64,000 nt of DNA from Calcarisporiella thermophila CBS 279.70 (taxonomy: Eukaryota > Fungi > Calcarisporiellomycota). The notes under the pieces were generated by a model. That model did not search any database. It was not told where the DNA came from and saw only the letters and a list, made by a program, of their open reading frames with translations. Shown here piece after piece: positions 52,701 through 64,000 of the stretch (position 1 is its first letter; the number at the start of each line of letters is the position of its first letter). The translations under genes were made by a program, and so were the position numbers. Location of the stretch: NCBI RefSeq assembly GCF_041956535.1, contig NW_027192216.1:76274-140273 (forward strand), read 5' to 3'.

Positions 52701-53040
52701 TCCACCTGCTATCAGTTCAAATGCCAATGAAGATATAAATTTGAGCAAAAAAGACCAGCGATCGAATAGAGTACAAACTATTTCCCCATCGCGCTGCGAT
52801 CCATTCTTGGTTTACGGCGAGGCCATTCGATGCATCTGACGGAGAGGCGCCGAGAGATAAGTCCTGGTACCAAAGCTGTTGGCCATGGTGAAGTTCAATG
52901 GGAAAAAGTAATAGAACAATGTTAAAAAATCAACGCCTAACAGACGAGAGAATTTCCGCGGGATCACTAACCTCTCGTTTGGAAGGTGCGCCGACTGCAT
53001 GTCTATACTTACTTGTCTGCTCTAATTTCTTTTTGAACAT
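49724..53040 (-). CDS. Tandem coronin (coronin-7/POD-1 type) with C-terminal acidic-Trp motif
   Basis: MFKKKLEQTSKYRH start, two WD40 coronin units (VPRRNYLDFHHELYP; VPRQRAEYFQDDLYP), ends EGVAEDEWDD. Confidence 0.92.
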
Positions 53041-53259
53041 CTTATGATTCAACCGTCTCCAGCTTTAAAAGTCTCTTCCAACGCGTATCTGATTGGGGAA
53101 ATCCCATTAAAATTGAATGTAGATTTTTTTTTTGAATTTTCTATTTCGACACGGCCAAGAAATCTTTACTATTCTTTTCGCACCAAGGGAAAAAAAACAA
53201 TCTATGTATATATTGTGTCCGTATATGATGTAAACAATTGGATGTAAAGGAAAAAGTAA

Positions 53260-53299
53260 GGGGAAGGGGGGAAGGGGGGAAGGGGGGAAGGGGGGAAGG
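53260..53299. repeat. (GGGGGGAA)n polypurine tandem repeat
   Basis: Five G4-G6 runs separated by AA. Confidence 0.9.
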
Positions 53300-53441
53300 T
53301 CGGAGACTTCTCTATAGTCAAAGATGATCCCATCCTCTAGAAGAGCTAATATAATGTAAAAAATAATATTCCACTGTAACGGCAAGGTAAAAAAAAAATG
53401 CTCAGAATTTCCATTCTCACAAGACCGCAAATAGTCTCCCT

Positions 53442-56400
53442 CTATTCATCATTCATCTCCTGCCGCCTCTTCATTAATATAGCGGCCAGATCCTTTGCTG
53501 CCCCTCCTGAAGTCGAAGGCGCTCCCCCAGGGCGAGGCGGTATCACAGGCCTTGGAGCAATGGCTGGCTTTGCGCCAACATTGGGTCGTGGTGCAGGCGC
53601 AGGTGCAGGCTTAGGAACTCCTCCTCCAATCGAGGTCGGTCGGGCGGCAGGCTTCGGAACTCCTGGGCGTGGACCAGGAACTGGACTACTCCCGGAGGAA
53701 GAGGGCTTTACTGGGATTGAGGGGCGAGCCGCGGGAGTAACGATGTTGCTTGCAGCTCCACCGTTAGACTGCGTCCCGGCCTTCCTCGCCTCGAGTTCAG
53801 CTTTCCATGGGGGAAGCGACGTTGCACCCCCTCCCATTCCTGGGAATACAGGCACTGCCACTTGGGTACTCGCCGCGGATATCTCCTCCGAGTGGTGCGC
53901 AGGTGCACTAGACGCTACAGTAGGGGGGGGGCGGCGGAGGCGGCGGTGGAATGCTTCGTCTGGATGCAGCCGGCTTGGGTTTTGGTCTCTCGTACTCAAC
54001 CAAATAATTGCTTGGTACCCAACCCTCTTTCCCATCCAATTTACCCAGCCACCATCCATTATCGTCTTTTTCAACCACCTCGACGATGTCGTCCTTCTTG
54101 AGGGACAGTTCCCCAGACTCCTGCGACATAAAGTCGTAGATTGCCTTGTAGGTTGGAAGCTGCGGCTCCGACGGGGGCGGCGGGGGTGGTGGTGGAGGCG
54201 GCGGGGGCGGCACAGCTTTGTTTTGGGGGGGAACTCGGGGAGCCGGAGTTGTCGCGGGGATCTGAGCCGGGGCAGGAGGAGGCGGCGGGGGGGCGGGGAC
54301 ACTGTTGGCAGAGGTAACGGGCGCGCGGTTGGACGCCACTGGGATATTCTGAGGGCGAGGTCGGCTAGCCGTTGAATTGGAAGGCCCGCCTTTTTTGAGC
54401 AGTTTCCCAGAAGTGATAGGGCGAGGAGTGACCTGCTTGCGTTTACAAGGGGGGAACGATGCTAAAGTAATGCAAATACAAAACCATTCAGCCGTTAGCC
54501 TATACTAAATCTACATCCAAGTGATGCATTCAACATACCACTGTTAGCAGGTTCTCCTGTTGCAACCTGAATAATATGACTCTTGTAGGTGGCCTCTTTG
54601 GCCGCCTCATTCTTTTGGAATTTAAGGGTGGCCTTTTTATCCTTCTTCTTCACATATTCGATTGTCTCCGCGACATTGACTGTCACGCGATTCCCGGTTC
54701 GCTGCAGCAGGTGCACGATCCACTCTGTCTTGTACAAACAGGTGCATACCACATCAATGTCGAGGGGGTTGGGGGAGTTTATATGCAACACAATCCAGTC
54801 GTCGCGTAGGGTGGACACGCTCACAGACTGCACCAGATTAAGCGGAACTGTGCGCTCGAGCGTCATTGTAAGCAGTTTACGCTCGACGGTCGAGGCGACG
54901 ATGTAGATGTTGTGGTCGGTCATCACCAAACTTCTCGGGCTCGGCTTGCTGGAGCGCATTGCCCTAGGAACTAGGAGCTCTATCCGCGCAGAGAATACGA
55001 CGGTTTCGTTTGGTTTCAAATTGCATGCCTCGCGGAGCATGTCCCCAGCACCTCCTTTGTTTGCCACGCCGAGATAGTCGCCTACGAAACGGCGCATGCT
55101 CAGCAATGAAAAGCGACGGCGCTCTTTGCGACCAGCGAGAACCTGGTGTCCATAATCACGTAACTGTAAGTAACGAATCTGGTCCTTATTCTGTCGCCAT
55201 GCTCGCTGGATTCGCACAGCACATTCATTGCGGTAGGCAAGATAATTACGCCAGGCTCGTTGAATACGAATTGCCATGTTATGCCAATACCGATCGCGCA
55301 AATGTTCCAAAGCCCAAAGCTGAAAGTAATGGGAATGAAAGGGAAAAGATCATTCAATAAAGCTATACTTTAGCCAACAAAATAAACGAATTGATAGTCA
55401 CCGTCTCTGGATGTCGGATGAATGCTTTGGTTACGCCCATCTGCCACTCTTCTTTGGCGATATTGCAGTCCTTCAATATTGCCTCCACGCCAGATTTTGC
55501 GTCACCCTGCCAGATGTATTCTCCAGCATAGGAAGTCCTTTTCGAGAGGAGATAGAACCTGAAAACAGGAGTCGAGGTTAATGGTAAATGAGGTGTTATA
55601 TATGATCCCTTTAAGGAGTGCATAAAAGATTTTCAGAAGATGCAGTTTACCTTTCGATAAATTTCTCGAACGTCTGCCGAGATGCAAATCCCGCTCTACG
55701 GACACGGATATTTTCGCACAACCCCAGGTATTTGATTTGATGCAACACCATCTGCTGATCATACTCTGACGGGCTTTTATTCCCATTGGGCTTGATGGTC
55801 CGAATGTAGGAGGGATGGCATTGCATCAACTTCGTGACCAACGCATTCGCCGACAATTTGATCTTGTCGCTCGCAGTGGGGGGCCGTTTCTTCGAATCAC
55901 GATCCACACGATCTGGGAACAGCGTACCAATGAAAGAATTGTTGCTTGTACTAATAAGATCGAGCAAGTCCTTGAGAAGTTGATCCTTGTTCTTATCCGT
56001 CATGCCGGCAATATTGTAGAGCACATCCCCTGCATAATGCTTTACAAGAAACTTGGAGCCTCGGGATTCAAAGTGCGGGTGCGATGAGAGGAATCCGAGT
56101 CGCTGCACAAACGAGTTGTCGGCGGCAGACGAGTCCGCATGGGCTGTAGCGCATGCGTCATTCATAGCTGCAAAAATTCCAGGCGGACGTTTTTCCTCAA
56201 TCAAGTCGCACACAATCTTATTGTTGAAGAAATCGATTGGCGTCCATTTGATCTTCTCACGCACATACTCCTCCTGTTCAGACTTGAGTGTGAGCTCGAT
56301 GAAGATCTGCTGGAGCTTTTCATTCACATAGTTGATACAGAGCTGCTCAAAGCTGTTTTCGTCGAAAATCTCAAACCCATAAATATCAAGCACACCAATG

Positions 56401-58271
56401 ACATAGGATGAACGGCTGCGCTCACGAAGGGAAGAGTTGATGCGATCCACAATCCACTCGAAGAGATTATTGTAAATAGCTTTGGCCAAAGCATCGCGCA
56501 CTGCTGTTGCCTGGACAGGATTGAGCGGAACATCATAAATTGAACCACGGCGGCCTCCACGCTGCGTTTCCATTACACGGATTGTTAGTGCTTTTTTCAA
56601 AGCGGCAGGGTCGACTTCCATCAAGTATGCAATGAAATTATTCACTATCCCATGAAAAAAAAAAAATCGATGTTAGCTCAAACTGGTTGGTAATAGGGTT
56701 CCTCAAACTAAGACCTACCATCCTCATCCATGATAACTGCATAACCATCATCTCCCTCGGCAAACGTGACATTCCCTAGCCATAAAATAATCGAAAGCAT
56801 TCTGAAGATTTCATCCTGCTCCTGTTTGGAAAGTCCTATAATGTTCATTGCGTTCTAATTGTATGGAAATTAGGTTGATTCGACCGTTTCAAGAAACAAA
56901 ACTTCTTAATGGCTGCTTCATACCAAAGTTTCTTTAAAATCATTAACGTCATCAATCCCCGGGACCTCCAAGCATCCACTTTTGCTAGTGTACAGGTAAC
57001 TCTCAGGCCCTTGAATACCATATTGCTCTAATGGGAAAATAACAAGATTACCAAAGAGTGTGTACAAATCCATATGGATAATTATTTACCTTGGTATTCC
57101 GGAGGAGCGCTCTTACATAATTGATAAAATATATGGAAATTGCGCTCGTTATCAATTTGACCTACAACACGGTTCTGCAGCCATGTTTAAATACCCATAA
57201 AGGAAACAGGGTGAAATCTATTTATACACACCTTTTCAAGGAGATAATTAGTAATATTGGCTCCGACTGGTTCTCCTTGTTCGTTGAATTGGATTTCAAG
57301 ATATTTTCCCTGCAGAGGAATACAATGATAAGAAAAGATGCACAGCATATCAATGGAAATCATGTATTACATGTCGACTTGAATTGTTATTCCTCAGTGT
57401 TTTAGCGCATCCGAAACTCTCGAGGAGTGGATTAGTTGCCAAGACCATGTCTTTGATCTCCTGGATAGACGAGTCTTTGGCACCACTTACTGTGGCAATA
57501 TATTGCATGATCTACACAAGGTAAAAAAACCGAAAAAACTAAGGTTTGACTCCTGTTTAATTCCTGAGATATCAATCCAGAATGCTTACTCGTTTTGCAG
57601 CCTCTGACAGGATCACGAAACATAGAATTATTAGCAACCCATCAACTAATATTACAGACATAGCATAGCCTACCTGTCTTTCCAGCACCAGATTCTCCAC
57701 TGATAATAATACATTGATTCTCTTTATAACTATTCATGTGGTAATAAGCAGATTCTGCAATAGCATACACATGAGGAGGCATCTGCAAAGTAAATGATAA
57801 GTTGCACACTTTTTGGTTCATTTTACACTCTAACGGCGAAGAAAATTACCTCAAGCAAGTTTTTCCCCTGGTAACTCCGCAAAATCTCGTCTTTATACAA
57901 TCCAAGATCTCGGAATGGATTTACACTAATAAGCACATGCCCAATATATGTCTATCATCCCATAATTCGTGTGAGACAGAGCTTCACCCATTATTTAAAA
58001 TCTAAACGCACATAGATGTCACCATTCTCAAACCGCTTCTTCAAATTGTCGTTGATCTGCTCGTTATTTACTTTGCTCAACAGGGTCATATCCGCCACCC
58101 CAACCTGCTTCTTCTTGAAGCCTTCGCGCCAGTCTGCCTTAGCCGGACGTGAGGCTTTTTTGACCTCGCGTTCTTTTTGCTTTTTCTCCTTTTTAGCCTA
58201 GAAAAATACATCAAATTTCACGCAAATCAGGAATTATGGCCCTACATGCTCGAAGTGCATTGAATTACCAT
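53442..58271 (-). CDS. MYO1: Fungal type I myosin (motor, IQ, TH1, Pro-rich, SH3); apparent 1-nt frameshift in a G9 run near the 3' end
   Basis: [31 protein letters not shown] site RRGSIY, IQ motifs, SH3 (AIYDF..GWVPSNY); first coding exon is ATG only. Confidence 0.96.
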
Positions 58272-58446
58272 ATAAAATCCAAGCTATCAGATTAATGATG
58301 AGACTACAGATGAAGCAAAAAATTTGACGAGCTTTTTCTATTTTTTATTCAGTGGAGAGGGGGTGGCGGGGTTTGAATGCCACGCCTTTGCAATTTGATC
58401 GAATTTTCGTTTATTTCACTATTGCTTGCTCCTTCTCTGCCAAAAG

Positions 58447-59672
58447 CTACAAGACTTTGATAGGATCCCAGCAGAATTTGCGCGGATACTTCGCGGAAAG
58501 AGAGTCGATCACCTCCATCTCCTAAAGCAGTAAGTAGATGGGTCAAGCTTCCTAATACCGCCACTAATGTTAGCATTCCGCTTACGTCCTCCGTCAATTG
58601 AAAGCCAAACACGTCAGCGTTCTCTCGAACCCTCTCTTCGCTCGTACTCTTTGGGATGATGCCATAGCCGTGCTGAACCGCCCAACGTAGCAAGATTTGC
58701 GCCGGCGTTTTCTCGTGCCACGCAGCGATTTTGTAAATTTGCGGCAGAACAATTCCATCTTCCCTGACCAGATGCCCCTCTCCTAGACTGGAGTATGCCT
58801 GCACTTGGATTCCGCGTTCTCTGCACAGGTTAATCAGCGGGAGATCATGGTAGAGTGGATGGATCTCAAATTGACAAGCTGCGGGCGGAATCTCACAGTG
58901 CGAGAGGAGCTGATTCAAATGCTCCACAGTGTAGTTGCTTACGCCAATGGCACGCAGTTTCCCTTGCTTGTAGAGCTGCTCGAGGGCACGCCAGCTTTCG
59001 CGGCGATTTTCGGCATTTCGCGGGTCCTCTGGCTTGAGGCCTTGCGTTCTAGCATAAGGAGGGCTGTGAGAAGACCAATCCTCTAGAAAATAGTCGCATG
59101 TCTGTATGCTTACCCCGGCCAGTGAATATAATACAAATCGATGTATTCTACACCGAAATTTTGAAGTGATTTCTCAACGGCTAGAGTGGAATCAACCATC
59201 ACTTTTAGCCATTAGATCCCATATCATAATAAAGAATTGGCTCACCTCTAGTACAGGCATCATATCCCTGATCTTTGGGCGCGAGCTTGCTCGCAATAAA
59301 TACATCCTCCCGTTTCAAGTTGAGAGCGGGATCGGCGAAGAGTTCGCGAAGAACTTCGCCTATCGACGCCTCATTACCATAGCCAGTAGCCGAATCTAAC
59401 AATTAAAGGTAAGAATTCATCAATAGGAGTTAACAACACGAATATGCATAATAAAAAACCTATAAGGCGGTAGCCAGATTCAATAGCTGCTCGCACCACA
59501 CTTTTAATTTGCTGTGGATCCTTCATGCGGTAAGTGCCGACTAAACAAATCAGGAATGGAATAAGAGGTGTAAATAAACGCTTACAATTCCTCCATATAT
59601 CTATTTACGGCCAAGAACAGGCATGGACCGCCCGCAATTCAAGGTCAACTTAGCAAGAGACTGGACCGTCAT
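58447..59672 (-). CDS. Aldo-keto reductase
   Basis: GYRLIDSATGYGNE, VFIASK, DLYYIHWP, RAIGVSNY, QAYSSLG, IIPKS. Confidence 0.94.
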
Positions 59673-59825
59673 CCCAGAAAACTTTTCTATCGCAGTGTTA
59701 TTTCAACACCCAATATGCCCGCGAGTGGCAAAGCTGCTTTATACCAGACATATTCATCTCCTGACAATGTAGTGGCTTGTCATTGCCATAAAAGGAGAGG
59801 CGCTTTGCCTAACTACAGCTAATTT

Positions 59826-59907
59826 CGACGTCATTTTCATCTGAAAAATGGAGATTACGATCAAAAAAGAAATGCAACGCCATTCATTAGAAGAGTATAT
59901 AAAAGGC
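59826..59907 (+). promoter_or_regulatory. CRE-like site and TATA box upstream of the CsbD-like gene
   Basis: CGACGTCA at 59826-59833 and TATATAAAAG at ~59897-59906. Confidence 0.4.
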
Positions 59908-59987
59908 AGCAGAAATCTTATTCCACTCGATAGTTTCCAACGCTCAGATACCTTAGAAATTATCAGTAAAAACAAGCAATTTCAAAA

Positions 59988-60482
59988 ATGTCTGACAACG
60001 CTAACCGCCAACAGAACGAGCCTACTAAGACTGGATCCACCTTTCAAAGCACAATTGGAAAAGTAAAAGAGAAGGCCGGCAATCTGTTCGGAAATTCGGA
60101 GCTCTCTCAGAAAGGTACAGCCGAGCAGGAACATGCGGCTGCCCAGCACCGAGAAGCTGATGTTCATCAGCAAAAACGCGAGGAAGAAGAACGGCCGTCT
60201 CGGACGTCTGCGAACTATAACACTGCCGTTGGGATGGCAAAGGAGGAATTTGGACAGTTATCGGGCAGCAAGGAGACCGCCCATGAAGGCGCGCAACAAC
60301 GTCGCGAAGGCCAAGTTGAGCACGAACGAAAGCGCCAAGAGGATTGGATGGAGGGTGCAAAAGAACATGCCAAAGGCACCATCCAGTCTGGGGTGAATCG
60401 CACGATTGGTGATGACGAAGCTCAGGCACAAGCGCAACAAAGGAAAGAGGCAGGTCGAGAGCAGATGCAGGTCAATCAATAA
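59988..60482 (+). CDS. CsbD-like/LEA stress hydrophilin, 164 aa
   Basis: Three repeats of G-x-x-KE-x-x-G...G-x-x-Q/E-x-x-x-G/A (IGKVKEKAGNL, VGMAKEEFGQL, KGTIQSGVNRT); very hydrophilic. Confidence 0.8.
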   Translation: MSDNANRQQNEPTKTGSTFQSTIGKVKEKAGNLFGNSELSQKGTAEQEHAAAQHREADVHQQKREEEERPSRTSANYNTAVGMAKEEFGQLSGSKETAHEGAQQRREGQVEHERKRQEDWMEGAKEHAKGTIQSGVNRTIGDDEAQAQAQQRKEAGREQMQVNQ

Positions 60483-62343
60483 TTGTGCTGTCATATCCTG
60501 CCCATTCCTATTCCATACTTGCACAGCCCATTGACCTATTCATTCATTGTTATACTCTACATATGCATTTTTCAAATCTTTTATTTACCCCTCCTCCCCT
60601 CTTATTGTATACTTCTATCTGAATAAATTAGTGATGATTATCCTATACAGTTTTCGATTTAGATTTAGGAAAACTGTTTACTTATGGGTCCGTTGGTATA
60701 TATTCGAAATTAGCCTATAAACAACCAATTTTGTTTAAAATGTTACCAGATTTGGTTCTATGAAATATATCCCACGCAGGTCTCCATTATTTTTATGCCT
60801 TCACTTCCTCCCTTTCGCAATATAGCTGACTCCATTTTTTAACTTTATACCATTTTAATATTTGATAAGTTTGAAACAGAGTATTATGCACTATTCCGCT
60901 TTAAAGATATTGTCTTCTTAGTATTCTTCTTTTTTCTTTCGCTGACTAATACTGTGCTTTATCCAAACTACAATCTGAAAGTGGAATATTGATTATAACT
61001 CTGTAGCTCAGAATATTTGTTGCACTGGTCTCAGGAACCCTGTTAGATCCAAAATATCAGGTATGCTACCGATAATATGGACATAAATAGAAAATTAATT
61101 TATTAGATTTTCCACATTTTGTACTTTTTCTCTGGTGCAGTTGTGTTTGGAGCGGTACATATCACCAAACTAATTTGACAATGGCACGTTAAATGATATT
61201 AAAGCGCAAAGTTAGTGACGCTAATTATTTTTCAATTCATTTCACTTCATAGAGTGAACTTATTGTGTTGCATCTCTGTTTTGCGCCTTCTCATTTATAG
61301 TTTGAATACTTGCATGCCATAAAATCTTATAAAAATATATTCGTGGATTGGGAAAAATTCATGTACACTCATCTATATTTTTTATGTATTATAATTACAA
61401 TTATTTTTAATTCTACTTAAATTTTATCCATACTGCCCCTTATGTATCCTCTTTGCGGCTGTATGTGAAGCCAGTTATTGTGGTAGTTAGAAAAGAGGGA
61501 TTTTTTTCTATTCTGAAATGCAGTTCTGAATAGAAAAGTCAAGAGGTTGAAGACCAAATAGAGAGATATATTTTGAAATGCAATAAAATATTAATTCATG
61601 AATTTGAGTAGACACTGAGAGCAAATAAAAGTATAAATGGAAAGGAGCATTGAGGTGAAAAAAAAAAGATATCTTTAACTTTATTAAAAGTTCGAGGCTC
61701 AGAATGATTACAATGAAAAACTAACGCATTTTTCATTGTAATCTCTCATCTGAGGAGCTGACAAAGCATAGAGATTTATGTGCTTGTCCTTATTGCATCA
61801 AAAGTACTCAAAGCAACTTTCAATCTAATCCAATTTCATCCTTGACCTAAAAACTATACAGTATGCTTGAAATCTGTATAGCTCTAATTAACCTTAGGGA
61901 AGATTGGAAATCTCGTATTCTAATCTTTAGGTTGTGTTTTAATTCTGGTAGGTGAACTCTCTTGGTCAAACGAGCTTATCTAGATTTTCTCAGCTGCAGT
62001 TAGACAGTAATTTTGAACCTAGAGTGAAAAAAAAAAGAAATCTAACTTAGAAGAAATGCTGAAAAAATGAATAGCTCTGTTTTAATATTGAGACTAACTT
62101 ACTCACAAATATCGGGTGGAGATCACCATGCTTATGAAATTATCGGCATTTCTAAAGAAAGGGAGTGTGCATATTGGGTTCAAGAGTGCCATAACTAGTA
62201 ATTCTGTAGATGGGTCGGACACCAATATGGCGAGTAGACACCTGTGCAAAGGTATAAAATGTCTCTCCAAAGGAAGCATGTATGATAAATTAATATCTTT
62301 ATATAAACAAATCTTTATTTTCATTCATCCCACGATTAACTAA

Positions 62344-62610
62344 ATGAAATCAATATTTAACATTATAATTGCGTCAATATTGGCCTTGTGCGTAATGGCA
62401 GCTGTTGAGGTCAATGAAGATTCCGCGTTGCAATCGCCTGAAGCAGCTACAATGGTCAGATGTTCAAATCATGACGGTACTGTTTTAAGTGCTTGTCGAA
62501 AATGTTGCAACACATTCTGCGAGAGTGGGAATCCACGAAAACACTGCAGGCAGTGCTGCGAATGGAATGGCTCTGGATGTAATGAACGGCTTGGATGTCG
62601 CCGTAACTGA
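62344..62610 (+). CDS. Small secreted cysteine-rich peptide precursor, 88 aa
   Basis: Signal peptide MKSIFNIIIASILALCVMA, acidic pro-region, basic mature region with 10 Cys. Confidence 0.8.
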   Translation: MKSIFNIIIASILALCVMAAVEVNEDSALQSPEAATMVRCSNHDGTVLSACRKCCNTFCESGNPRKHCRQCCEWNGSGCNERLGCRRN

Positions 62611-63630
62611 ACAAGATTGTTTATGATATGGGCACGATTTTGATATATACCTATTTATTATATCTGTGTCGATTATAGTCTTAAAACCCTTCCCATTCGT
62701 TCAAAAAGATAAATACATCTAATAAATATAATAAGAGATGGCTCTTTATAATTTTTTATACAATTATATTAAATAGAATATATGATTATCAGTGCATAAA
62801 AGCATATACAAAAATATTTAATTTACATATTGCAAAGATCATGAAATTGCGCACGTGGGCGAAGTATCAGCGCGATGACGAAAAGATAATTGAAGACCCA
62901 AACTCATAACATGCTATCATGAATAAAAGCATCGCATAAGCGTCGGTTTACGTCGTGAACGTGCCAATACGTAAATCACTTACCCTGCATGAAGCCCCTT
63001 TTCTAAAATCGGATCACCTTCGGTCAGTAAGCAAAAAACGAACTGTAGGCTTTACATTTTTGAGTTTGATCAAGCTGTTAGTAGAACAACAAATAGCATT
63101 TTTGGACCCAAATTTTCACGCAAAAACATAGAGTGGTGAAAAATGGGATGCTTGCCTTAAATGAGGCGAGGGAGGTGTGAACACCCATACGCGAATAACA
63201 CTGCCCAACTACTACTTGTTTTGACATGCCGGTGCTCTTTCAACTACTTCCAAGACCGAACTTGCTGTCAAAAATTAAACCGCTGGTAGCAATATTGGAA
63301 TTTGCTTTGAGAAACTAAAGAAGTACGGGGTTTGTCTGTATAATTGCAGCTGGTTAATGCTGCTAAGTACGAACAAGAAATCCAGCCACATGGAGAAGTA
63401 CAACTTTACTAATTTTTAAGCGTCTGCAGAAGTTCCTGTGTGGTTGTTCTATTTTGGTATTTGGCACGAATTAAATTGCCTGCTAAAAATTTCTGAAAAT
63501 AATTCTCAAATCAGCTGCGCCCAGAGGTATACATAGTACTCAGATCCGGACAATGCTATCCAACCCTCATCTCATCTTTTCTATTCATTCTTTCGTTCTT
63601 TAAAAATCCGCCTGGCACATCATAAGAAAA

Positions 63631-64000
63631 ATGAAAGCGCTCATCTTGGTTGGAGGTAGGTTGTAAATCCAAATGCCATATAATTAGCCGATCTAGAATA
63701 TGTTTGACGCGCATCATTAGGATTCGGGACGCGTCTTCGTCCATTAACGCTCACTTACCCAAAACCTTTGGTTGAATTCTGTAATAAGGTACATCTATTC
63801 TAAAGCATCTAAGAGAATGATGATATAACCTATTGTAATTCCAGCCCATGATACTCCATCAAATCGAGGGATTGGTTAAGGCAGGAGTTAGCGACATTGT
63901 ATTAGCTGTGAATTACCGACCTGAAATCATGGTTTCGGTGCTCAAAAAATACGAGGAGAAGTACAATATTAGCATTACCTTTTCCGTTGAGACAGAACCC
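63631..64000 (+). CDS. PSA1: Mannose-1-phosphate guanylyltransferase, 5' part (truncated by window edge)
   Basis: [39 protein letters not shown] across two introns. Confidence 0.97.

Noticed and set aside
53398-54375. 325-aa plus-strand ORF and similar long antisense ORFs (e.g. 32774-33457, 48077-48697)
   Set aside because: Antisense shadows of GC-rich real genes (MYO1, LEA, coiled-coil) with no independent coding signal.
62985-63005. AAAAGGGGCTTC resembling the U11 snRNA 5' end, with Sm-like ATTTTTG sites nearby
   Set aside because: The U11 AUCAAGA loop and closing GAAGC pairing are absent, and the Sm-like sites are on the opposite strand.

Overview
Intron-rich eukaryotic genomic DNA from a fungus, most likely an early-diverging lineage such as Mucoromycota (inferred from fungal-type myosin I, Uve1, a Reg1-like protein, a tandem coronin-7 and ~50-90 nt GT-AG introns). 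The AT-rich left end (1-5 kb) holds three decayed non-LTR retrotransposon 3' ends and an intact DD34E Tc1/mariner element with long imperfect TIRs. The gene-dense middle carries an MFS monocarboxylate transporter, Esc2/Rad60, Med21, head-to-head proteasome beta6/beta5 genes, a Rad5/Uls1-type SNF2 ATPase, Atg4, casein kinase I, Uve1, Ect1, a Reg1-like protein, a LEA-like protein, an Rsc4-like bromodomain protein with ankyrin repeats, an AIF/AMID oxidoreductase, Ubc4, Dhh1, a coiled-coil orphan, coronin-7, myosin I, an aldo-keto reductase and a CsbD-like hydrophilin. The AT-rich right end has an isolated secreted 10-Cys peptide and the start of PSA1. No single multi-gene novel system is evident. 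The best leads are the bromodomain-ankyrin-bromodomain architecture, a spliced mitochondrially targeted LEA protein, the orphan Cys-rich peptide, an orphan with a CENP-C-type motif, a half-RING SNF2, and an ORF split by one in-frame UGA. Exon boundaries were assembled by eye; CDS coordinates span first to last coding base including introns.
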